From positions 672,001 through 736,000 of the forward strand of contig CAVUWD010000016.1 of NCBI GenBank assembly GCA_963745025.1: a stretch of DNA of 64,000 nucleotides, given 5' to 3'. This DNA is from an uncultured delta proteobacterium. Lineage in GTDB: Bacteria; Desulfobacterota; Binatia; JACPRU01. The notes beneath the pieces were generated by a model that was not told where the DNA came from, did no database searches, and saw only the letters and a list, made by a program, of their open reading frames with translations. The first letter of the stretch is position 1; every line of letters begins with the position of its first letter. Position numbers and translations under genes: made by a program. Of this stretch, positions 9,783 to 19,353 are shown one piece after another.

Positions 9783-10679
9783 GTGACCACCGATTACCGC
9801 AATTTCGAGTCCGCCTTGCGGACGCCCGGTGTCTTCTGTTTTCTCGACGGAATGAGCGGCGCGGAAACCGGACGATTCGCCCGGAAGGTCGAGCGGCTCG
9901 GATATAGCTCGATCTGGTTTGCCGAGCTCTTCGGGCGCGAAATCTTCACCCACGCCGCCTACCTCTTGAGCAATACCGAGAAGCTGATCGTCGCCGCGGC
10001 CGTCGCGATCGTGCAGAAGCGCGAACCGGTCACGGCGTGGGGTGCGGCCAACACGCTCGCCGAGCTCTTCGAAGGCCGCTTCGTCCTCGGCCTCGGTATC
10101 AGTCACCGGGAGCTCCAAGCGATGCGAGGCCTCGGCTACGAAAAGCCCTTGAGCACCATGCGCGGGTACCTGGCGAGGCTGAGAGCCGTTGAATATCAGG
10201 CGCCAAAGCCGAAAGAATCCCCGCCGGTCGTGCTTGGCGCGCTCCTGCCCAAGATGATGCGGCTCGCGCTCGAGGAGACTCAAGGCGTGCATACCTACTT
10301 CGTGCCGCCCGAGCACACCGCCAGGACGCGCGCGACCGCTGGGCCGGACAAGTGGGTCTGCGCCGCGCAGGCGGTGCACCTCGAAACCGACCCGGTAAAG
10401 GCTCGAGGCGCCGCTCGCAAGTACACCAGCTTCTATCTCGGCCTCCGTACCTACTCGAAGCATCTGGCGCCGTTGGGCTTCGGCCCGGCCGACCTTGTCG
10501 GTGGCGGCAGCGATCGCCTGGTCGACGCGATCGTCGCGTGGGGCTCGGTAGACGAGATCCGTCAGCGGATCGCGGCCCATTATGAAGCCGGAGCCACTCA
10601 CGTCTGCATCGTACCGATCGCTTCCGACGGCAGCATGATTCCCGACCAACGCACGATCGAGGCGCTTGCCCCGCGCTGA
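9783..10679 (+). CDS. LLM-class F420-dependent oxidoreductase (MSMEG_4141-like)
   Basis: GGAGG RBS plus GTG; VERLGYSSIWFAE, GRFVLGLGISH, GGGSDRLVDAIVAWG and AHYEAGATHVC. Confidence 0.87.
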   Translation: MTTDYRNFESALRTPGVFCFLDGMSGAETGRFARKVERLGYSSIWFAELFGREIFTHAAYLLSNTEKLIVAAAVAIVQKREPVTAWGAANTLAELFEGRFVLGLGISHRELQAMRGLGYEKPLSTMRGYLARLRAVEYQAPKPKESPPVVLGALLPKMMRLALEETQGVHTYFVPPEHTARTRATAGPDKWVCAAQAVHLETDPVKARGAARKYTSFYLGLRTYSKHLAPLGFGPADLVGGGSDRLVDAIVAWGSVDEIRQRIAAHYEAGATHVCIVPIASDGSMIPDQRTIEALAPR

Positions 10680-10738
10680 ACTGAACCGGAGAGGCCCGCC
10701 CAACGGTTCCGTCTGACGCAGTAGAAGGAGGGTTCGAC

Positions 10739-11821
10739 ATGCAGTTCGGCATCACGTTGGATACGCACATCGGCAAGTGGGACGCGGTTCGCTATGCCGA
10801 GGAGCTCGGTTACGACAGGGCGTGGGTGCCCGACTCGCAGATGATTTGGTCGGACTGCTACGCGACCCTGGCGTTGGCCGCAGCCAATACCAAGCGGATC
10901 AAGATCGGGACCGGGGTTGCCGTTTCCGGCACGCGCATCGCGCCGGTCACCGCGCATTCGATCGCTAGCATCAACGAGCTGGCGCCCGGCAGGGCCTTCC
11001 TCGGAATCGGCACCGGGAACACCGCGATGCGAGTGATGGGGCAGGATCCGATGCCGGTCAAGGAGTTCAAGGAGTACCTACGCGTCGTGCGCGCTCTGCT
11101 CGACGGCAAGGCAGTCGATTATACCTACCGCGGCAAGACTCGCGAGATACAGTTTCTCCATCGCGACCGCCATTTCATCAATCTCGACAATCACATTCCG
11201 ATCTACGTCGCAGCCAACGGTCCTAAGGCGTGCGAGGCGGCCGGCGCCTATGGTGACGGCTGGAGCACAATCGGGCGGGATGCGGGCGCGATCGACGAGC
11301 GGCTGAAGAACGTGCGCGTGGGCGCGAAGGCCGCGGGGCGGGAGCTCGGAAAGGATTTCCACACGGTACTCTTGACCGCGGCTTGCGTACTGAGGCCAGG
11401 CGAGAAGGTGACGGACGACCGTGTGATCGACGAAACGGGCGCCTGGGTGACCTGCGAGCTACACATGTTCTACGAGATCTGGCACCAGCTCGGGAAAAAG
11501 GACGAGCTCGTCCCGAGCTATTTCGCCAACGTCTGGGATGACTACACAAAGCGCGTCGCCGGTTACAGCCTGCCGGAAAGCGCCCGTTTCCGTCAGATCC
11601 ATGACGGGCATTGCACCTTCGTCCAGCCGGACGAGCGGCGCTTCGTGACCCCGGAAGCCGTCCGCGTGAGCTGCCTCGTCGGCGCGCCGGAGGAGATCAT
11701 CGAAACGGTGCGTTCGCTCGAGAAGAGCGGCATCAAGGAGATCAACCTGCTGCCGAGCGCGGATCGACAGAAGAGCGTGTGGCGTGACTTCGCCGAGCTG
11801 GTCATGCCCGCGTTCCGCTAG
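10739..11821 (+). CDS. LLM-class (Mer-like) oxidoreductase
   Basis: YAEELGYDRAWVPDSQMIWSD, APGRAFLGIGTG and IYVAANGPK. Confidence 0.9.
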   Translation: MQFGITLDTHIGKWDAVRYAEELGYDRAWVPDSQMIWSDCYATLALAAANTKRIKIGTGVAVSGTRIAPVTAHSIASINELAPGRAFLGIGTGNTAMRVMGQDPMPVKEFKEYLRVVRALLDGKAVDYTYRGKTREIQFLHRDRHFINLDNHIPIYVAANGPKACEAAGAYGDGWSTIGRDAGAIDERLKNVRVGAKAAGRELGKDFHTVLLTAACVLRPGEKVTDDRVIDETGAWVTCELHMFYEIWHQLGKKDELVPSYFANVWDDYTKRVAGYSLPESARFRQIHDGHCTFVQPDERRFVTPEAVRVSCLVGAPEEIIETVRSLEKSGIKEINLLPSADRQKSVWRDFAELVMPAFR

Positions 11822-11867
11822 CTCGCCGCCCGGCGACGGCATGACCGAATTCATCCTGCCGAACAGA

Positions 11868-12935
11868 TTACTTCATCCGCTTAATGATCTCACTCGAAAA
11901 TGTCTCGATGGTTTCTTTCGAATCGGTTACCGCTTGCACGGCGACCTGATTGATCCCCGCCTTCTTCATCGCGTGAATCGATTCGATGATTTCTTCGCGC
12001 GTTCCGGTCAGCGTGGTGGCGCGGATCATTTTCTCGGTCACCAAGGGTTCGTGCTCTTTCTTGAAGCCTTGGAGATAATCGCCGTACAGCTTCAAGTGTC
12101 GCGTCTCAATTGGTTCGTCCGGTGCGCGATAGGCGTTCTTGAATGCCATCAAATCCTCACGGAGGTCCGCTGGTAGATCCTCGGGATTCGGGCTCGCAAA
12201 GGCAATGAGGTTACTCGAAGACGACACGAAAGGCCCAACCGCTCTACGCACCCGCGGGGTCTCTAGCCGCTCTCCCGGCTTCGTCTGGTGAAAAGCGGTC
12301 ATGCACAGCTTGTAGATTTTCTTGTGGTCCCGTCCGACGCGCTCAGCGCCGGCGCGAACATGGCTCATATGAAAGTCGATGAGGCTTGGGGCGACGGCGC
12401 CAAACATGATGACGCCATCGGCAATCTCCCCTGCCAATTCCAAGCTCTTTGCCCCACTTGCCGCCATATAGATGGGAATCTTCTTCTTGATGTCGATCGC
12501 GCCACTTCTCGGGTTGAGAAACTTGATCATGCGCCGGCGCTCGCCTTCTTGATAGGGCGTCGTTTTCCCCGCCAGCAGATCGCGGCAGACGCGAATGTGT
12601 TCACGCAACACGTCGAGACGCGCCGCGGGCATGCCCAAGGTCCGCCGAGCGGTGTTGCCAGTGCCAATACCAAGGATCGTCCGTCCCGGCGCCAGGGCGT
12701 TAATCGAGGCGATCGCACTCGCCGTCATCGGCGCAATACGCGACGCAGGGTTGGTCACCCCAGGTCCCAGAAAAATCGTCTTCGTATGCTCGGCGCACAG
12801 CGCCAACGCCGCATACACATCGCTGGCCAACATCTGCGAGTCATACAACCAGGCGTGCGTAAATCCGCGTTTCTCCGCCAACGCGACGGCCGGATGAATT
12901 TGCACGCTGCCAAAAAAGACGAAACCGAAATCCAT
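11868..12935 (-). CDS. LLM-class (Mer-like) oxidoreductase, close homolog of 6326-7390
   Basis: AEKRGFTHAWLYDSQM, APGRTILGIGTGNTARRTLGMPAARL and YRAPDEPIETRHL; codons visibly AT-richer than the neighbours. Confidence 0.9.
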   Translation of the reverse strand: MDFGFVFFGSVQIHPAVALAEKRGFTHAWLYDSQMLASDVYAALALCAEHTKTIFLGPGVTNPASRIAPMTASAIASINALAPGRTILGIGTGNTARRTLGMPAARLDVLREHIRVCRDLLAGKTTPYQEGERRRMIKFLNPRSGAIDIKKKIPIYMAASGAKSLELAGEIADGVIMFGAVAPSLIDFHMSHVRAGAERVGRDHKKIYKLCMTAFHQTKPGERLETPRVRRAVGPFVSSSSNLIAFASPNPEDLPADLREDLMAFKNAYRAPDEPIETRHLKLYGDYLQGFKKEHEPLVTEKMIRATTLTGTREEIIESIHAMKKAGINQVAVQAVTDSKETIETFSSEIIKRMK

Positions 12936-12958
12936 AGTTCCCCCTCAAACCATGTACT

Positions 12959-13418
12959 TCATCGCGTGGTCAAGCGTTCCGGATGGCGAATGACGTACAC
13001 TGGGCAGTGAACACTTCTAAGGACTTTCTCGACGACGCTTCCGAGCAGCATATGGGCAAGTCCGCTACGGCCATGAGTGCTCACCACGATGGTGCCGATG
13101 GCTTTTTCTGTCTCGACCTTCAGAATTTCTGCCAGCGATATCTCCCTCACGAAGAAGGATTTCATGATTGGGAAAATCGCGTAATTCCTTGGTGGTATAC
13201 TCTTGGAGCCACGTCCGGGCCTTTTCCCGCGCGTTCATTTCCATCGCCAAATAATCCCCTTCAACCCGTCCATATATGCTACTGGTCGGATTGTCGATGA
13301 CGTGCATGAGGTACAGTTTGGTCTTGTACAGTTCCGCTAGTGTGTGCGCGTACGCCAACGCATGAGCCGAGTCCTGGGAAAAATCGGTGAGCCACAGAAT
13401 GTTTTGAATTTGAACCAT
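12959..13418 (-). CDS. Universal stress protein (split by one frameshift near 13140)
   Basis: IQNILWLTDFSQDSAHAL..LMHVI in one frame; IVVSTHGRSGLAHMLLGSVVEKVLRSVHCPVYVIR in the next. Confidence 0.85.
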
Positions 13419-13623
13419 GTCCCCCTCCTTCTGGCTGAAGACAACCGCGTCCCCGGCAGTTCGGCCGTTCGGAGCCGGACGTGAGCAGCGTCAGGATCGA
13501 GCTCTCGGTCGCCGAAGATCTCGCCCTCCCTCCGGCGAGCGGACCGGCTGACGGGGCGGGTGGTTTCGATCGGACCCTTTGTCGCGCAGCGGCCGGAAGT
13601 TGACCCGACGGGGCTCGTCGTTC

Positions 13624-14589
13624 CTACTTGATCGCCGCCGGATTCACCGGCGAGCCGGCGCCGTTCACGACCTTCAGCGGCAAGCCGACGAACAGGAACG
13701 TGTACTGGCCGTCCTTCGCGCAATCTTCGGCGAGATCGTGCGTCCAACTGATCTCGTTGAACACGATCCCGAGATGGTAGAGGAGCGCCATGTGGAGCGG
13801 GATCATCGTCCCGCTCTCGTGGTGCCACGTCTGCTCGGTCGCGATCGTGTCACTGCCGATCGAAGGGATCTCCATCTCGTGGAACCATTGCACGAGCTCC
13901 TTCGAATACGCGAGCCCGGGCTCCTCCATCTGACCGCCGGGGAAGAAGCCGGCGAGGCCCTCGTCGTAGTACCGCTTCAGCCAGCCGGTGTGGATGAGCA
14001 AGATGTCGTGCTTCTCGATCGGCGAGTTCTGCTTCTTCGCCGCCGCCTCGAGGTCCGCGACGTGGATCGATTCGTTCGGATCGAGGTGCTTCTTGCCTTT
14101 CAAGCGCGCGATGTCGAGGAGGACACCCCGACCGATCACCCCCTTGTTCGCGATCGGCTCGATCGAGCACTTTTGTAGACCCCCGATCGTCGTCTTCGCG
14201 TCGTAACCGTTATAGATCTTATCGCCGTACCAAACGTGGCCGAGCGCATCGTACTGCGTGGTGCCTTGCAGGTACATGACGATCACATCGTCGGCATACT
14301 CCAAACCGCCGGGAAGCGGCTGTGTTCGGCCGCTCATGTACATGCCTTTGTCGCTCACCATCGTGCGGATCGGCTGGCCGCGCGAAGGGTAGAGCGGGTC
14401 GCCTTGGGGCCGGGCGAGCGGAATCCCCAGCGTGAACGTCTTTCCCTGCCGGACCGCCTTCACGCCGCGCAGGACTTCTTCGTTCGTGAGGAAGTTGAGG
14501 CAGCCGAGCTCGTCGTTCGCTCCCCATCGGCCCCAGTTCTTCGGCGAGTCCTTGAGCATCTGTTCGAACTTCATTGGCTCTTTCGGCAT
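13624..14589 (-). CDS. Cyclase-family metal-dependent hydrolase (kynurenine formamidase-like)
   Basis: NWGRWGANDELGCLN, QGTTQYDALGH, GRGVLLD, DILLIHTGW and GAGSPVNP. Confidence 0.9.
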   Translation of the reverse strand: MPKEPMKFEQMLKDSPKNWGRWGANDELGCLNFLTNEEVLRGVKAVRQGKTFTLGIPLARPQGDPLYPSRGQPIRTMVSDKGMYMSGRTQPLPGGLEYADDVIVMYLQGTTQYDALGHVWYGDKIYNGYDAKTTIGGLQKCSIEPIANKGVIGRGVLLDIARLKGKKHLDPNESIHVADLEAAAKKQNSPIEKHDILLIHTGWLKRYYDEGLAGFFPGGQMEEPGLAYSKELVQWFHEMEIPSIGSDTIATEQTWHHESGTMIPLHMALLYHLGIVFNEISWTHDLAEDCAKDGQYTFLFVGLPLKVVNGAGSPVNPAAIK

Positions 14590-14666
14590 GATGCTTCTCC
14601 TTCTTAATGGGGACGTCTAATGCCTTCAGTTTCTGCCAGAACGCTCAAGCACGAATGACGAACGCG

Positions 14667-14702
14667 GCCGGCCGCAACCGCGCGGAGCGCGGAAGGCAAT
14701 AG
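14667..14702. repeat. Partial copy of the ~215-bp three-hairpin repeat (middle-stem arm)
   Basis: GGCCGCAACCGCGCGGAGCGCGGAAGGCAATAG matches the middle hairpin arm of the copies at 54137 and 60794. Confidence 0.6.
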
Positions 14703-14716
14703 CCCTCCGCCATCCT

Positions 14717-15148
14717 TCAGTCCGCCGGCGCGCCGAGAGCGGCGAGACCCGCCTTCGCAACCTGCATGTCCTGCGTGTAGTGACCGCCGCTCACCCCGAT
14801 GCCCCCGGCGACCTGGCCCTCGAGCTTGATCGGATAGCCGCCGCCGAAGACGACGAGCCTCGGCCACTTGGTGATGCCGTGCAGCAGCGGCGGGTCGTTC
14901 TTGATGAAGTCGAACCAGGCATGCGTCGGGATGCCGAAGGAGATCGCGGTGTAGGCCTTGTCGGCGGCGATCTCGACGCTCAGCAAAGCCGCGCCGTCCA
15001 TGCGCGTGAATGCCTTGAGCGTACCCGATTCGTCGACGACGGCGATGCACATCGGAACGCCGATCTTGCCGGCTTCGCCCTGCGCGGCCGCGATGGCCTT
15101 CTCGGCCCCCTCGAGGGTGATGCTCTTCTTGGTGATCGTGTTCGACAC
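14717..15148 (-). CDS. GlcG/HbpS-family heme-binding protein
   Basis: GTG start after a GGAG RBS; CIAVVDESG, RMDGA, IAADKAYTA and GGYPI..GGIGVSGG...D. Confidence 0.9.
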   Translation of the reverse strand: MSNTITKKSITLEGAEKAIAAAQGEAGKIGVPMCIAVVDESGTLKAFTRMDGAALLSVEIAADKAYTAISFGIPTHAWFDFIKNDPPLLHGITKWPRLVVFGGGYPIKLEGQVAGGIGVSGGHYTQDMQVAKAGLAALGAPAD

Positions 15149-15183
15149 CGTTCTCGCTCCTTGTCCGAATCTTCCCTGGGCGG

Positions 15184-16032
15184 TCACCCTTGTGCGCGAA
15201 TCTTTTCGAGCACCGGCATCAGGTACTTCTTGAAGTTCTCCGGATTCTCCGACATCGGGAAGTGCCCGTTGCCCTTCATGATGATGACTTCGGAGTTCTT
15301 GACCTTCGCGGCGGTGTCCCTCGTCATCTCGGGTGTGCACGCGAAGTCATACTCTCCGGTGATGAAATACGTCGGGATCTTTCCCTTGATCGCCTCGCAC
15401 TTGCCGCGAAAGTCGTGGTCGACGCTGTAGAAGTAGAGGTCGCCCTTGAATACGCCAGGGCCGCCCTGCGAGTAGTACCACCAGGTCTCCCAGCGGTAGT
15501 CGTCGGGGCTTTGCGGCGCCATCAGGCCGAACACCGACGTCGCACAGACCTCTCCGCCGTGGACGTGGGGGTGGTTGAGCCAGCTCAGCCACCAGCCGGG
15601 CGAGTATTCGCAGGCCTCGATGGCGATCAACGCGCGGAGCTTGTCGGAGTAATTGAGGGCGAGCGGAAGGCAGATGTTGCCTCCCATCGACGAGCCCATC
15701 ACGACGGGCTTTTCCAGCCCGAGGGCACCGCAGAACGCGATCACGAACTCCGAGTAGAACTTCGACGTGAGCTTGTACTCCTCGGTCTCCTTCCACCAGG
15801 CCGCGGGAGGAATCGACTTGCCGTGTCGCGGCAGGTCGAAGGCGACGACGCGGAAGCTCTTGGTGATCTCCGGGTCACAGAGCTGGTGGCGCCACTCGCG
15901 CGTGTCGGTGCCCGCCGTGTGGAGGCACACCAGCGGAATCCCTTGTCCCGCTTCTTCGTAGTAGATCCGGTAGTCCTGGCCTTCGTAGTCGACGTGCACG
16001 TAGCGGCCGACGATCGGTTCGATCTTTGCCAT
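15184..16032 (-). CDS. Alpha/beta-fold hydrolase
   Basis: MAKIEPIVGRYV start after GAGGAGG; CLHTAG, FDLPRHGKS, GSSMGG nucleophile elbow, GEYD and GHFPMSENP. Confidence 0.9.
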   Translation of the reverse strand: MAKIEPIVGRYVHVDYEGQDYRIYYEEAGQGIPLVCLHTAGTDTREWRHQLCDPEITKSFRVVAFDLPRHGKSIPPAAWWKETEEYKLTSKFYSEFVIAFCGALGLEKPVVMGSSMGGNICLPLALNYSDKLRALIAIEACEYSPGWWLSWLNHPHVHGGEVCATSVFGLMAPQSPDDYRWETWWYYSQGGPGVFKGDLYFYSVDHDFRGKCEAIKGKIPTYFITGEYDFACTPEMTRDTAAKVKNSEVIIMKGNGHFPMSENPENFKKYLMPVLEKIRAQG

Positions 16033-16043
16033 CGTGAACCTCC

Positions 16044-16436
16044 TCAGTGAGCCACTTCGCGCATCAGCGCGAGCGCCCACGTGAACGCGCGTAGGTTCTG
16101 CCACACGACTTGGACGTCGCCCTCGATCTTCAGGCGGCCGTGCAGTGGATGCGCCATCGCCCAGATGTCGTTGTACATCGGCGGCGGCGTCCGCTGGACG
16201 AACTTCTGCCAGCTGGACTTCGGCGCGCGAAGCGCGAACGCGTACCGGTCCTCGGGTCCGGCCTTGTCGACGATGCGCTCGACCCGGCCGCTCCGGAAAT
16301 GCACGACGTAAGCCGTGTCTTCGCCGAAGTCGAGAAGGACGTTCTCGTCGAAGTAACGACCGACGTTCTTCATGACCCCGTTCTTGTTGACGCAGCTTTG
16401 CCACTGCTGCATCCACTGCGAACCGAACTGATCCAT
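16044..16436 (-). CDS. Small SCP2/sterol-carrier-like partner of the hydrolase
   Basis: Strong RBS; C-terminal GRLKIEGD motif typical of SCP2-like folds; tightly linked to the hydrolase. Confidence 0.6.
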   Translation of the reverse strand: MDQFGSQWMQQWQSCVNKNGVMKNVGRYFDENVLLDFGEDTAYVVHFRSGRVERIVDKAGPEDRYAFALRAPKSSWQKFVQRTPPPMYNDIWAMAHPLHGRLKIEGDVQVVWQNLRAFTWALALMREVAH

Positions 16437-16504
16437 ATCGACCTCCCTCTTGACGGAAGCCGCAGCTCGCCTGCCGCGCGCTTCCGGATCGGTCCTGGCT
16501 TCCG

Positions 16505-16825
16505 TTAGCCCTGAGACAGGGTCTTCAGGTCCTCTGCCCAGTTCTCGTACGCACGCAGCGGTATCATCTCGAGCTCGGTGACGAAATGGGAGAGGCCGAG
16601 CTTCCAGAGCGGAAGGCCGAGGATGGCCTGGTCGAGCGCGTCGCCTGACTCGACGTCGAGCACGGCGTAGACGTCAGGCGTTCCGGCGGCCTTCCAAATC
16701 GCCTTGATCACACCCGCTCGGTAGGCTTGCAGGGCGGCCTCGGACTCTTTCTTCCAGGCGCCGTAGAACTCTCGGTTCGACGTCCCCGCGGGCTTTTCCA
16801 GATGGGCCTTCAACAAGAAAAGCAT
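16505..16825 (-). CDS. Muconolactone delta-isomerase-family protein
   Basis: MLFL start; G.IKAIWK..G, LDVES and L..LPLW..EMIPL pattern; about 100 aa. Confidence 0.75.
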   Translation of the reverse strand: MLFLLKAHLEKPAGTSNREFYGAWKKESEAALQAYRAGVIKAIWKAAGTPDVYAVLDVESGDALDQAILGLPLWKLGLSHFVTELEMIPLRAYENWAEDLKTLSQG

Positions 16826-16853
16826 CTGGTATCTCCTTATTTACGGTTACGGG

Positions 16854-17870
16854 TTACAGGCGCGGCAGAACCTTGTCGCCGAAGAGCCGGATCGCCTCCA
16901 CGACGCGCACATGTGGGGGGCCGCCGGGATGGCGCATGCGAAGGATCAGGTAGTCGGGATGAACCTCCTCGCACCAGCGGTTCAGCTCGTCGCGACACTC
17001 CTCGGGGGAGCCGATGACGAACCGGTCCTTCACGGCTCGCTCGAACGTCCATTCCTCCTCGGACCCCACGCCCTGGATGTACGGATCGTCCGGGGCGTAA
17101 GCTCCGTACCGGAAGTAGAAGCGGTGCGTGTACATGATCGGGCCACTCTCCGCGCGCGCCCCACTCCTCGTCGGAGCCACCCACACGTCGCGCATCAAGG
17201 CCACCGACGCAGGGCGGCCCAGCTTCTCGGCCTCCTTCCGGTAGATGCCGGCGAAGCGCTGGATCACGGGCAGGCTCTGCAGGGGGTCGGTAAGCCAGGC
17301 GTCGGCGATGCGCGCCGCGCGGCGAAGACCCGGGGGCGTCCACGCGGCCATCCAGATCGGCAGGCGTGACTGCTGGATCGGGCGGGGAGTGACCTGGACG
17401 CTGCCGATCTGAAAGTGACGCCCCTCGAAGGAGAAGCGCTCCCCGGTCCACGCGCGACGCAGGATCTCGATGCCCTCCTCGCACCGCCCAATCCGCTCCG
17501 CGAACGGAACCCCGAAGGTGTCGAAGTCCGGTTGCTGGTAACCGACGCCGACTCCTAGGATGAGCCGGCCTCCCGTGGCGATGTCGACGACCGCCGCATC
17601 CTCGGCCACGCGCACGGGGTGATACAGTGGGAGGAGGAGAACGCAGGTTCCCACCCGGATCCGCTGCGTGGCGGCGCCCACGAGTCCCGCGAGGAGCAGA
17701 GGGTTCGGCAGGTAACCGTCGGCCTGCTGGTGATGCTCGCTGAAGAGACAGCTATCGAAGCCGGCCTGCTCCGCCACGCCCGCCTCGACGATCACCTCCT
17801 TCCACAGCCGAGCGATGTGCTCGGCGTTGGGCGGATCCTGCTGGCAGGGAAAATATCCGACCTTGATCAC
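16854..17870 (-). CDS. LLM-class luciferase-like monooxygenase/oxidoreductase
   Basis: AEQAGFDSCLFSEHH, LLPLYHPVRVAEDAA, GRLILGVGVGY and IRLFGDKVLPRL. Confidence 0.9.
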   Translation of the reverse strand: MIKVGYFPCQQDPPNAEHIARLWKEVIVEAGVAEQAGFDSCLFSEHHQQADGYLPNPLLLAGLVGAATQRIRVGTCVLLLPLYHPVRVAEDAAVVDIATGGRLILGVGVGYQQPDFDTFGVPFAERIGRCEEGIEILRRAWTGERFSFEGRHFQIGSVQVTPRPIQQSRLPIWMAAWTPPGLRRAARIADAWLTDPLQSLPVIQRFAGIYRKEAEKLGRPASVALMRDVWVAPTRSGARAESGPIMYTHRFYFRYGAYAPDDPYIQGVGSEEEWTFERAVKDRFVIGSPEECRDELNRWCEEVHPDYLILRMRHPGGPPHVRVVEAIRLFGDKVLPRL

Positions 17871-17893
17871 GCTCGGATGCTCTGTCCTACCGC

Positions 17894-19327
17894 TTAGCGG
17901 TGCAGTTCCTCCAGGCGGCTCACGTCGTAGAGCCGGTCAACGTCCGCGCCGCTCCCCACGTCGGGATACCCCCGGCCGTAGCAGGGCACGAGCGTGCCGC
18001 GATCGTTTTGCAGGTCGAGCACGTTAATCGATTGGAAGGTCAGGACCCTCTGCCCCACGTTCATCTCCTTGATGGTGGGCTCTGTCATCTCCTCGCTCCA
18101 CTTCTTCTGCCACTGCCAGAACTTCCAGAGCTTTCCTTTCTTGTCCCACGCCATGCTGTACGAGGGCTCGAAGGTCTGGGTGTCCCAGAGCATGACCACG
18201 GCGCTGTAGGGGTGGCGCGGGTTCCTCGGGGTGCGCTCGACTATCGCGTAGTTGCGGAGCTCCCACCGATCGTTGTTTGGAACGATCCCCTTGGGGCCGC
18301 CGTAGTGGCTGTCCAGGTACTTCGAGTTCATCACGTGCACCACTTTCTTCCAGCCGAGAAACCGCCAGTTCCAGTCGAGCACCCGGCCCGAGAACGAGTA
18401 GAAGTCCTCCAGCGTGTGGTCGGTGCCGAGCAGCGAGTCGGACTTCGTCTCGACCGAGATGCGGCGCACGCGCCGCAGGCTCGGCACATAGGCCCAGGCG
18501 TCGTCCGCCCGCAGCGGGTCGGTGTAGCGGTAGATGATGAACGCCGTTCCGCGGATGTCGAACGGATCGTGAAAGCCGGTGTACTCCTTGAACTCGAAGT
18601 CCTGCGAATCCTTTCCCGGCAGTAAAGCGCCATGCTCGCGCTGCTTTGCGACGTGCGAGAAGTAAGCCCGCTGGTAGGGCCCCTGCAGAGCGCGCTGGAA
18701 CGTACCGCCCCCCTGGTAGGCCGCGGAGTTGTCGGCGGGGACGTCGGCCTTGACGGTCGCAAGGTGGTCGGGTGGCTTGGTCAAGACGAACGGCCCGTGC
18801 GTGCCGCCGTCGAAGCGGTCCCAGATCCAACCGACGTCCGTGATCGCCAGACCGTAGTTCTGCCAGCGGAAGTTGTAGTTCCAAGCCGCCTTGAGACCGG
18901 AGGCCTCCGCCTCTTCGACCTTCAGCTTGGTCGGGGCGAACGGTAGGCCGCACACGTAGTTCTTGAGCGCCCCGTTCGCCTCGAGCGTGACCTGGGACTG
19001 GTACTGCTCGGTGCACTGTATGTAGTCCTTGTGCTGGCTGTAGTCGCCCGGCGCGCCGATCTCTGCGCGGAAATCAGGGAAGTCGAGCTGCTCGATGTAC
19101 CCCGGTGGAATGAACGGGCGGAGCTTGTCTAGATCCTTCTGGGTGATGACGTCGCCCGCCTTGAACGTGGGCTCCGCATCCTGGTACTTCTTGACCCACT
19201 CGTCGAACGTCGCCCGGGTGTAACTCTTCACATCGTCGGCGGCCAGCGCCGCCGAGGCGAGGAGAACCCAGGCGATCGCGATTGGCATCCAGCGCCGAGC
19301 GTATTTGTTCGTCCCACTGCTGTTCAT
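17894..19327 (-). CDS. DUF1329-family periplasmic protein (LolA-like)
   Basis: Signal peptide; PFDIRG, DDAWAYVPSLRRVRR, HPYS and WDKKGKLWK. Confidence 0.85.
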   Translation of the reverse strand: MNSSGTNKYARRWMPIAIAWVLLASAALAADDVKSYTRATFDEWVKKYQDAEPTFKAGDVITQKDLDKLRPFIPPGYIEQLDFPDFRAEIGAPGDYSQHKDYIQCTEQYQSQVTLEANGALKNYVCGLPFAPTKLKVEEAEASGLKAAWNYNFRWQNYGLAITDVGWIWDRFDGGTHGPFVLTKPPDHLATVKADVPADNSAAYQGGGTFQRALQGPYQRAYFSHVAKQREHGALLPGKDSQDFEFKEYTGFHDPFDIRGTAFIIYRYTDPLRADDAWAYVPSLRRVRRISVETKSDSLLGTDHTLEDFYSFSGRVLDWNWRFLGWKKVVHVMNSKYLDSHYGGPKGIVPNNDRWELRNYAIVERTPRNPRHPYSAVVMLWDTQTFEPSYSMAWDKKGKLWKFWQWQKKWSEEMTEPTIKEMNVGQRVLTFQSINVLDLQNDRGTLVPCYGRGYPDVGSGADVDRLYDVSRLEELHR

Positions 19328-19353
19328 GAGCTTTTCCTCCTCCGTGCTCTTCG

